IMG/VR virus record: IMGVR_UViG_3300050122_000263
Span: 518,008 to 582,007 of that record
Strand: one strand, 5' to 3'
Length of the DNA: 64,000 bases
Each line of letters opens with the position of its first letter. Position 1 is the stretch's first letter. Positions 47,836 through 56,408 of this stretch are shown in pieces. A program made the position numbers and the translations under genes. Under the pieces are notes generated by a model, which did not search any database, was not told the origin of the DNA, and was given only the letters and a program-made list of their open reading frames with translations.

Positions 47836-49788
47836 ATGCATAAGGGTTTTCTCATCGACGAGTACTGCACAGCGCAGGGAGGGCAACTCTATGAACACCC
47901 TCAGAATGGGGTTTACTCTTGCACTCTCAATCAAACAGACATCCGCCGTAATGCTAATAAGTTTTATATCATACAAATTGTGCAGAGCGGAAGTAGCTAT
48001 TATCTATATGTTAGGTACGGAAGGGTCGGGGCAAAGGGCGTGACATCACAACAACCATACCACTCAGCGCAGATGGCTGCCAGTGACTTTGAAGGCAAAT
48101 TCCGAGAGAAGACAGGTAACCACTGGTATTCCCGTGAACAATTCCAAGCCAAGCCCAAGAAATATTTCCTGGCTAATATCAATTACGCCCAGGAGATGGC
48201 TGCAGTAGTCTTGCCACCACCTGCGGCTATGATACCATCTCAGCTGCCCAGGCCAGTGCAGGATCTTATAACTATGCTGTCAGATCGCAATATGATGCAA
48301 CAAGCCTTGGTTAATCTGGAGATTGATCTGACTAAGATGCCTCTGGGTAAGATTACTCAGCAACAGCTTGATATGGCTCGAGCTGTGTTGGATCAACTTC
48401 AACACCTTGTAGTACACAGGACGTTTCCAACCGTTGTGAGTGAGGTAGCGAGGCCTTCGTTTGCAGCTCCTGTAGCTGGCCTACAATTCGAGTTGGTGGA
48501 TGATACGCCAGCAGTTCAGAGCCCTGCCCTGCCTGTACCTGCGCCAGTCAGTCCAGTCCCAACTGTCTTACCCCAGGTTCCAGTTCAGACCCCTCCTGTC
48601 AATACGACAGGTTTTAGAGCCATCACCTTTCAGCCTGCTGCGCCTAGATCGACGGTGGCTCGGCCTGCCATGACAGGCCCTGTCTTCCAGCCCAACTCTG
48701 GCTTTACACCGTTGAACTTTCAACCAACGTTAAATGGTTCATTCAGACCAGTTCAGTCGACTTTCCAGCCTATCTTTGCCTCGGCAGCTCATGTGTTAAC
48801 TCCCACTTTCACCCCTGGTCCTATGACCCAACCAGCTGTACAGCTAGTGCTACAGGGCCCGACAACACTGAGCTCAGCTCACAGCACTTCAGGGGTTATT
48901 CCCTTGAGTGAAGGCCATCTAAATATGGAGCTGGTGAATCTCTCCTCCCGCTACTACACCTATGTGCCGGTCAACTGTGGTCGCAACATCCCACCTGTCA
49001 TCAACAATACAGCCATGATTGACAAGTGCCGCCAAGTATTGGATGATCTCAGCAATATCTCAGTTGGAGTCAAAATCATTGATCAGAGCCAAAGATCTAC
49101 CTCGAACCCGATAGACTCTGTCTACCAAGACATCAACACAAAGATTGAGCCTCTAGCCCGCAATTCTCAGATGTGGGCGGCTATCAACACTTATGTCACA
49201 AACAGTCACGGTAGAACACACAGTTGTAAGCTACAGGTGATGGAGATCTTCACCATTGAGCAGGCCGGTAAAAGGGCCAAGTTTGAGGCGTTCTCAAACC
49301 AAATTGGCAATCATACATTACTCTTCCACGGCACTCCCACGTCATGCGGAATCTCAATTATGAAGCGCGACTTCTATCTCAATCCCGAGGTACTTGGGGC
49401 TAGTATAACAGGCAAGATGTTTGGACTGGGATTATACTTTGCAAACTGTTCTTCCAAGAGCTTTGGCTATACTCGTGCAGAAACCACCGGAGGTATTGGT
49501 TGTATGTTCTTAGCCCAAGTGGCCTTGGGTACCTCATTGGACAAACTAGACAGTGATAGTGGTCTTAATAAATCAAAGCTGGATGCAGCAGGTTGTCACT
49601 CCACCAAAGGCATTGGTCGTTTGGCTCCAGCCTCATCTGTTGAAGTGGATGGAGTGAAAATACCACTCGGCGCTATCGCTGAGAATCCTGACGCTAGAGC
49701 ACTCAATTACGATGAGTTCATTATCTATCACGTGGATCAGCAGTTAATTCGCTTCCTGGTGCTGGTCAAAGATCTCAGCTCGCGTTGA
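47836..49788 (+). CDS. PARP: Poly(ADP-ribose) polymerase (WGR, regulatory and catalytic domains; PARP2/3-like layout)
   Basis: LNQTDI..NANKFY.IQ, YGRVG, MPLGK, LLFHGT, GKMFGLGLYFA..SSKS..Y, LNYDEFIIY; ATG at 47836. Confidence 0.92.
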   Translation: MHKGFLIDEYCTAQGGQLYEHPQNGVYSCTLNQTDIRRNANKFYIIQIVQSGSSYYLYVRYGRVGAKGVTSQQPYHSAQMAASDFEGKFREKTGNHWYSREQFQAKPKKYFLANINYAQEMAAVVLPPPAAMIPSQLPRPVQDLITMLSDRNMMQQALVNLEIDLTKMPLGKITQQQLDMARAVLDQLQHLVVHRTFPTVVSEVARPSFAAPVAGLQFELVDDTPAVQSPALPVPAPVSPVPTVLPQVPVQTPPVNTTGFRAITFQPAAPRSTVARPAMTGPVFQPNSGFTPLNFQPTLNGSFRPVQSTFQPIFASAAHVLTPTFTPGPMTQPAVQLVLQGPTTLSSAHSTSGVIPLSEGHLNMELVNLSSRYYTYVPVNCGRNIPPVINNTAMIDKCRQVLDDLSNISVGVKIIDQSQRSTSNPIDSVYQDINTKIEPLARNSQMWAAINTYVTNSHGRTHSCKLQVMEIFTIEQAGKRAKFEAFSNQIGNHTLLFHGTPTSCGISIMKRDFYLNPEVLGASITGKMFGLGLYFANCSSKSFGYTRAETTGGIGCMFLAQVALGTSLDKLDSDSGLNKSKLDAAGCHSTKGIGRLAPASSVEVDGVKIPLGAIAENPDARALNYDEFIIYHVDQQLIRFLVLVKDLSSR

Positions 49789-49875
49789 AAGTTGGACAGT
49801 ACTGAGCTCAGAGAATTAAAAACAGAGTCTTAAGATTGATGTGAGAGTTCTCACATCAAAGTATGTAAAGCCACC

Positions 49876-50598
49876 ATGCAAAACATCACCTTCCAAGTTG
49901 TTGAGGAGGATCAGGCAAGCACAGAAGAAGTAGTCGAAACGCTTGCCGAGCAAGATCTGCCTGATGAGACTCCTGCCAATGAAGCGGATTACTGTATGAT
50001 TTGCTATGAGAAATACGACCTTCCAGTTACCCAACCTTGTTGCCAGAAGAAGTTCTGCTTCCTTTGCTTGAAGGGAGCTTATGACTTCAATAATAACTGT
50101 CCTCACTGCTGTCAAACCAATATCCTCAAGCTGGACCACCTGGTTGAGGATAGTATCGAGCAATTCATTTCAAGCCAACTGGACAAACCTGTTTGGCTTT
50201 ATGCCTCAGCCAGCAAGGATGGTTATTGGTTGTATGGTTCTCGAATTGCTCCTCTACTTGAAACGGCTTTCCAGAAATACATGGCTACTCACCCCACCTC
50301 ATCTTCGGAAGATTCAGGAGAGGACTCTGAAGAAAATCCAGGGGAGAAAGATGACTCTGTTGAGCTGCCAGACCAAGACGCCGTTAATAGTGAGGCAGAA
50401 GTGGAGCCCGCACTTGATTCCATCACGTTTCAGATAACTGGCAAATGGTATCGGGTCAACTTCAAAGAGATGACTCAACGCAATGGCAATCGACATCGGG
50501 CAGTCAGGCGGGTTATCCTGCAACCCAAGCATATCGGAGATGACGGCCTGAATATCAAGGGTGTACAGGGCCTCTTCATCAAAGAGAAGAAGGAATAG
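49876..50598 (+). CDS. RING-WWE E3 ubiquitin ligase, RNF146/Iduna-like
   Basis: CMIC...PVTQPCC..FCFLCLKG...CPHC; WWE-like WLY...GYWLY...LETAF...I.GKWY.VNFKEMTQ...R.VRR; terminal KGVQGL. Confidence 0.8.
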   Translation: MQNITFQVVEEDQASTEEVVETLAEQDLPDETPANEADYCMICYEKYDLPVTQPCCQKKFCFLCLKGAYDFNNNCPHCCQTNILKLDHLVEDSIEQFISSQLDKPVWLYASASKDGYWLYGSRIAPLLETAFQKYMATHPTSSSEDSGEDSEENPGEKDDSVELPDQDAVNSEAEVEPALDSITFQITGKWYRVNFKEMTQRNGNRHRAVRRVILQPKHIGDDGLNIKGVQGLFIKEKKE

Positions 50599-50846
50599 CA
50601 TCATGTAAAAACAGTCCATTATAAACGCAAAATAACTATACCAGTTATTTTCAAACTTATCTCACCACACATTGCATCAGAAAGCTTAATCTTTAACCTG
50701 AAACATAAACAGTTTTCCCTCAATTCACTGAAGTAATAATGGGAGAGATACAAAAAATCGATTATCCGTGTGAAAACGGATAATTGTAATATCCAGCAAC
50801 TTTGTGCTTTGTAAAGGGTCAGAGCTCAACTACCAACGTATAGCTA

Positions 50847-53507
50847 ATGGAAGAGCCAGCCCTGCCAGATTTTAAGTTGATCTTGCCCTACTTTGAGTTA
50901 ATCCTACCGGGCAAAGCAGCCTCTCAGGCTAAGGTACTTAAGGCTCAGATCGACTTCGTGCAACGTGGTGGTAAGAAACTTTTCAGTTTCACCATTCTAC
51001 CTGCCGATCTGATAGAGGATCTGACCGGAGATTTTGTGGCCCAACAGGCCCTCAGGAACTATCTGATCTATCTGTTTCAGGGTGGAGAAATACCGCCTGA
51101 ACGGGAACGCAGAGCTCTACTGACAGCCTGGCAAATCTCACGCTTGCTGGATTGCAGCGAGGAGATGTGTCAACGGACCGCAAACTTGGCTGAGGCTTAT
51201 CTGCAACATGCCGGAGCTGAAGATCTACCAGCCTTAGAGCTGATCTTACAGGTTCTGTCTTTTGCACCAACATTGGTGGCTCGCTTCCTCAAGGACATGG
51301 CCAATCGAATCTACGAGACAGATAGTTTCACCAACCAGCTGGCCCATTACTTCCGCGAGATCATTCAACATAACGAGCAAATGGCTTACGCTCTCCAGCC
51401 ACATGCTTATCCCACCGTGCACGCGGAACGAATTGATCGAATTAGCCCCACTTTCTTCTTGTTAGATCCCCTCCGCTCTTCTGCCCTAATACCTGACTAT
51501 ATGGACGCTCAACCAGTGGCTGCTATTCCAGAAGGAAGTTTCATCGTTGCCCCAACAGCGGTCAAGCTACCAGATATTCAACTCTTTTTGCAACGTGCAG
51601 TCCAGATCTTCCCAGATTTACTACAGTTTAATGAGGAAATCAGTGCTCAGATTCGCCAACAATTTCCAGGTCAAAATGTGGGCTTCTTGATCGCAGATAT
51701 GATCATGCCGATTTGTCTGGATGAGTGGTTATTTCAGCGCTTCAGTGACAAAGCCAATATCGAAATTCACGCTTACGGTCCCACCATTGAAATCAGGGAG
51801 AAGATATTCACTCTGATTAATACATGGTTTCGAGTTAAGTTCGGTTTTGCAGGGCGACGATTTGATGTGGAACCTGAATATATGATTAGACAGGGAAGAG
51901 CTGGATTAGTCTTCAGTCGTGCGAATCCCAACCTTCCAGCTCTCATCATAAGGATCGTGCCTTCAGGTGCCTCAACTGCTATGCAACAACTCAGTCAACA
52001 ACGTGTCTCTCATCTACAGGTCGGTTATGATATGTATAAGGGGTTAGTTTGTACTCCACTCTTCTCTCTTTACTTCAGGCAGCGAGTCTCAGTCATTGAT
52101 CACTATGCTATTACCTTCGAGGAGCTAGTGACCACCCTTTACTATGGCTTTACTCTGAGTATTATCGCTCCATTCGCTCACCTGCTGGTATATTTAAAGG
52201 CGAATAAGTTCAAACTGACTCACCTTTATTACGAGGTGATGGGAATGCCAGCCCTTATCAAGGGTGCTCCTCAACTTGTTGTGATGAAAACGCCGCCTGT
52301 AGGAACATTGTGGCCTCCCATTATCCAACCCGCTGATGCAACTGTTAATCGCCATGCCAACTGGTTAGCCGGCCAATCTGGCGATTACGCTATTATCGGC
52401 AGCGATGCTATAGTTGTTTCTAAACATCTCGACCGTTGGGACACCATCTCACAGTTCGATGCTCTTGAGAGCATAAGCTTTGACCTGGATATAAATCGTT
52501 TGATCGAACCAGGGGAACCGACAACTATTGAGGGTGTCACTAATACACCTCAAGCTTTCCATTATGATCCTGAGCGCCCTCTCGCAAAGACTCTTCTTGA
52601 GATGAAAGTTGGATCTCTTATGCTCGGTAATTACTCTTTGGGTAGTAGCTTCCTGCTACGTCAGTGCCGTTTCAAGCGTTTGCCACAATATCTCATGCCT
52701 CGAGAGGTACGGGTTATGAATAAGAACTACAAACTCATACATGAATATGTATGGGATGTTGGAGTTACATTACCTGAAAGAACAGTTCCACCCATGCAGA
52801 TAGATACTGTAGCTGCCTGGGGTCCACAAGGACTTGAGCTGCAGCACGATGTTGTGCGATATGAAGGGACTGGCCCAGTTGCTGGGCCGGGCAGAAATCC
52901 GGTCTCCGTCTTTGAGCGGGTCAATATGCCGAACGATCCTACTAATGTCATGTTGCTCAACTCAACGACACTTTTCCCAATCAATGTGGTCGGAGTTCTA
53001 CAGATTCACTCACAGGGTGGTAGAAGGCCTGTTTCTATCTCTGAGATGCGGGACCCGCTTCCTTTGACTGAGGAACAGATTAACGCTCTACCTGTGATTA
53101 AGCTCGATCAGCTCTTTGACTTTTTGCTTGTAGCTGATCCTGAGTTCCACGCTCAAGTGCTTGCCTACAGGGAGGTTAATCAGGGAGGAGCTATTGGGTA
53201 TTGGCAGGCAAGAAATGTTAATGTGATGGGAAAGACATTTCGACATGAACGTGTACCACAAGATATACCCAGACTATATGAAGCGGCTCTGGCTAAATAC
53301 AGACCCATCACTTTACAACAAGCTCTCTATGTACCTCAGTTTGTACGCGTTGATCTCGATGTCACCATTGGTAGCTGGCTCTTCATCGATGAAGGTGACT
53401 GGCTTATGCCCTTCTCAGATCTCTTCAAGTATGAGTTCAACTGCACCATTAAGAGGAGTACAGCCTCAGATTTCCGAATTGGCAGAGGATACAAGATATT
53501 TCCTTAG
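50847..53507 (+). CDS. ~900-aa SKP1/BTB-like plus NTase-like family member 2
   Basis: Colinear similarity to 20714, 53622 and 56409. Confidence 0.75.
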   Translation: MEEPALPDFKLILPYFELILPGKAASQAKVLKAQIDFVQRGGKKLFSFTILPADLIEDLTGDFVAQQALRNYLIYLFQGGEIPPERERRALLTAWQISRLLDCSEEMCQRTANLAEAYLQHAGAEDLPALELILQVLSFAPTLVARFLKDMANRIYETDSFTNQLAHYFREIIQHNEQMAYALQPHAYPTVHAERIDRISPTFFLLDPLRSSALIPDYMDAQPVAAIPEGSFIVAPTAVKLPDIQLFLQRAVQIFPDLLQFNEEISAQIRQQFPGQNVGFLIADMIMPICLDEWLFQRFSDKANIEIHAYGPTIEIREKIFTLINTWFRVKFGFAGRRFDVEPEYMIRQGRAGLVFSRANPNLPALIIRIVPSGASTAMQQLSQQRVSHLQVGYDMYKGLVCTPLFSLYFRQRVSVIDHYAITFEELVTTLYYGFTLSIIAPFAHLLVYLKANKFKLTHLYYEVMGMPALIKGAPQLVVMKTPPVGTLWPPIIQPADATVNRHANWLAGQSGDYAIIGSDAIVVSKHLDRWDTISQFDALESISFDLDINRLIEPGEPTTIEGVTNTPQAFHYDPERPLAKTLLEMKVGSLMLGNYSLGSSFLLRQCRFKRLPQYLMPREVRVMNKNYKLIHEYVWDVGVTLPERTVPPMQIDTVAAWGPQGLELQHDVVRYEGTGPVAGPGRNPVSVFERVNMPNDPTNVMLLNSTTLFPINVVGVLQIHSQGGRRPVSISEMRDPLPLTEEQINALPVIKLDQLFDFLLVADPEFHAQVLAYREVNQGGAIGYWQARNVNVMGKTFRHERVPQDIPRLYEAALAKYRPITLQQALYVPQFVRVDLDVTIGSWLFIDEGDWLMPFSDLFKYEFNCTIKRSTASDFRIGRGYKIFP

Positions 53508-53535
53508 ACTACCCCTAAGATGGCCGTAGAAATTA

Positions 53536-53557
53536 AAAACATCTTCCAAGATGTTTT
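53536..53557 (+). terminator. 3'-end hairpin
   Basis: aaaacatctt-cc-aagatgtttt. Confidence 0.75.
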
Positions 53558-53621
53558 GAGATCCATTGTGTCTGAAATATCCAATTTCGTTAGACAACAA
53601 CTCCACCGCTTGTAAAGAGTC

Positions 53622-56282
53622 ATGCAGGCTCCAGAGCTGCCAGAGTTTAAGTTAATCTTGCCCTACTTCGAGCTGGTGATGCCAGGGGAAGCTGCCATCC
53701 AAGCCAGGGTACTTCAGGCTCACATTAACTTCATTCAACGCGGTGGAGCCCCTAATTATTTCTTCTCCATTCTCCCTGAGGACCTAACAGAGAATTTAGC
53801 TGGAGACTTCGTAGCCCAGCAGGCGCTTAGGAACTACCTAACTTATCTATTTCTGGGCGGTGAACTTCCACTCGAACGAGATAGAAGAGCCCTGCTAGCG
53901 GCCTGGGAGATCTCGCGTTTACTGGATTGCACGGCAGATCTGTGTCTCAGGACAGCGCGCCTGGCAGAAGCATATCTAGAACATGCTGGTGCTGATGATC
54001 TGCCTGCCATAGAGCTGATACTACAGATTCTACCCCACGTATCCACTATTACAGCGCGCTTTTTCAAACGGCTAGCTAACCGCCTGTACGAGACGGACAG
54101 TTTTACCAACCAGTTAGCCCATTACTTCAAGCAGATTATTAATGCTAATGAACAATTTGCTTATGCACTGCAACCACACGGCTACCCAACTGTACGCTCC
54201 GAACGGATCGATCAGTTTAGCCCAGCACTTTATCTGATCGATCCATTACGTTCCTCAACCGCTATCCCTGACTATATGGACGCTCAACCAGCAGCTGCTA
54301 TTCCAGAAGGCAGTTTCACTGTGGCTCCAGGCCCTGTGGTGCTACCTAGCATTAACACTTTCCTGCAGAGAATTACCCAAATATTCCCCATGTTGCTGCA
54401 GTTTAATGAGGAAGTGGGCGCCGAGGTTCGCCGGCAGTTCGATGAACAAACTGCAGGATTTTTGCTAGGAGGCATGCTTATACCAATTTGTCTGGACGAG
54501 TGGTTATTTCAACGCTTCAACCGCACAACAACCATTGAATTTTACATTTACGGTCCAACGGCCGAAATTCGACGAGAAATATTCAACATGGTTTTGGGAT
54601 GGTTTGAGGCAGCCTTTGGTCTTCCTGCGAATGAGCCTGGGGTTGAGCCCCAGTATCACGTTTTCAACCGCATGAACAGTTTAACCATAATACGTGCGAA
54701 TCCTGACCTTCCAGCTCTAGCCATCAGGATTGTCCCTTCAGATGCCCAAACTGCTATGAAACAACTTAAATCACAGCGTTTCTCTCATCTGCAGGTCGGT
54801 TATGATGTGCACAGAGGATTAATTTGTACACCACTTTTTGCACTCTATTTCAGAAAGAGAGTTTCTGTTATCGATTCGTACGCTTTCACCCAAGATGAGC
54901 TGATTCAATGTCTTTACACTGGTTTCACTGTCAAGCTAATTGCTCCATTTGCTCACGTACTGGTTTACATGGTGGAGGGCCAGTCTCACGGTTATGTACT
55001 TATGAGTGAATACATGGAAACACCAGCCTTGATTAAGGGAGATCCTCAACTTGTCATCAAACGAGTTATTCTACGTCAAGCAGGTGTTTTAGTGCCACTA
55101 CTTCTAGCAGATTCACCAGGTAACCGCTTTCTCGGTAATGACATTGCAGGGGAGAAAGGGTTGTACACATTCATCGGTAGTGATAGAAGGGCAAGGGAGA
55201 TTGTTGTAAATCATTGGAACACGAATCTGCAACGTGGAAACCAATCCCGTATCAGCTTTGCTTTGAATTTGGATCAAAACATTAAGCCCGAATCTAGGAC
55301 TACTATTGAAGGCTTAACTAATACACCAACTGGTTTCACTTATTCATTTTTTTCAGGAGGCTCTCTACTTCAGGTTGAGCCCGGTTCCATTACGGGCGAT
55401 AACTCTAAATTAAGCAGCTATTTCTTACTACGTCATTGTCGTTTCCACCGTTCTCCACGCTATCTTATCTCACGCGATGTGGAAAGAACAGTGGAGAACT
55501 ATCGTCGTAAGCTTCTCAATCTCGACGATCTAGGAGAATTTATGACTATCCCTGCTCAAACTGTCCCTTCTATAGAGTTCCTACCAGAACAGGATGCCTT
55601 TGAAGAGGTGCTCCAACCTGTTTTACGTTATCCTGTTGACCCTATTACCGGAGTAGCAGCAGTGCCTGGAGGATTTGGCGCTAATCCGTATGTAGTGCAA
55701 CCTACAGACCCGACTAATGTTATGTTGCTGGGTGAAGAGGCAGTTTTCCCTATCACTGTGGTGGGAGTACTGCAACTCTGGTCACTCAATGGAAAGGAGT
55801 TCGTGCCCATCTCTCAGATTAGGGACCCACTACCTCTGACTGAGGAACAGATCAACTCACTGTCCACCATCCGGCCTGACCAGATCTATGATCTATTGTT
55901 GGCAGCTGATCCTGAATTCTACGCCCAGGTCTTAGCCTACCGGGAGATCAACCGAGAAGGGGCCATTGATCGCTGGCGTGAGAGGCAACGCCAGCCACAT
56001 ATAGCACATTTTCAGTATCAACCATTCCCTCAGGATGATGTACCAGCCTTCTTTGAGAGAGCCGTTGTCAAGTGGAGGGACATCACCTTCCGACAAGCTC
56101 TCCAGATGCCTCAGTTTGTCCGCGTCCAGCTGGACGTAATCATTGATAAATGGATATTCATTGATGAGGCCAATTGGCTGATGGAGTTTAAGGAACTTTT
56201 CCTACACCAGTTCAACTGCTCTATCAAGAAAGATGAGAGGCTCGAGTTCCGAGTTAAGAGGGGATACAAAGTCTTTCCCTAG
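53622..56282 (+). CDS. ~900-aa family member 3
   Basis: Closest to 50847 (LP.FKLILPYFEL, YETDSFTNQLAHYF). Confidence 0.75.
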   Translation: MQAPELPEFKLILPYFELVMPGEAAIQARVLQAHINFIQRGGAPNYFFSILPEDLTENLAGDFVAQQALRNYLTYLFLGGELPLERDRRALLAAWEISRLLDCTADLCLRTARLAEAYLEHAGADDLPAIELILQILPHVSTITARFFKRLANRLYETDSFTNQLAHYFKQIINANEQFAYALQPHGYPTVRSERIDQFSPALYLIDPLRSSTAIPDYMDAQPAAAIPEGSFTVAPGPVVLPSINTFLQRITQIFPMLLQFNEEVGAEVRRQFDEQTAGFLLGGMLIPICLDEWLFQRFNRTTTIEFYIYGPTAEIRREIFNMVLGWFEAAFGLPANEPGVEPQYHVFNRMNSLTIIRANPDLPALAIRIVPSDAQTAMKQLKSQRFSHLQVGYDVHRGLICTPLFALYFRKRVSVIDSYAFTQDELIQCLYTGFTVKLIAPFAHVLVYMVEGQSHGYVLMSEYMETPALIKGDPQLVIKRVILRQAGVLVPLLLADSPGNRFLGNDIAGEKGLYTFIGSDRRAREIVVNHWNTNLQRGNQSRISFALNLDQNIKPESRTTIEGLTNTPTGFTYSFFSGGSLLQVEPGSITGDNSKLSSYFLLRHCRFHRSPRYLISRDVERTVENYRRKLLNLDDLGEFMTIPAQTVPSIEFLPEQDAFEEVLQPVLRYPVDPITGVAAVPGGFGANPYVVQPTDPTNVMLLGEEAVFPITVVGVLQLWSLNGKEFVPISQIRDPLPLTEEQINSLSTIRPDQIYDLLLAADPEFYAQVLAYREINREGAIDRWRERQRQPHIAHFQYQPFPQDDVPAFFERAVVKWRDITFRQALQMPQFVRVQLDVIIDKWIFIDEANWLMEFKELFLHQFNCSIKKDERLEFRVKRGYKVFP

Positions 56283-56309
56283 ACCCCTATCTGGTGCCGT
56301 CTTGAAATT

Positions 56310-56333
56310 AAAAACATCTCAGCAGATGTTTCG
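56310..56333 (+). terminator. 3'-end hairpin, identical to 61477..61500
   Basis: aaaaacatctcagcagatgtttcg. Confidence 0.7.
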
Positions 56334-56408
56334 CTCGCTGTTCTGATTCTTCTGCCAGTTCTGCCATATAGCTAGAAATTTCTCAAGCTCTATGCCATAC
56401 AACAAAAG

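Noticed and set aside
44192-48924. AsnRS and PARP insertions as inteins
   Set aside because: No C/S start with HN-C/S/T end and no LAGLIDADG motifs
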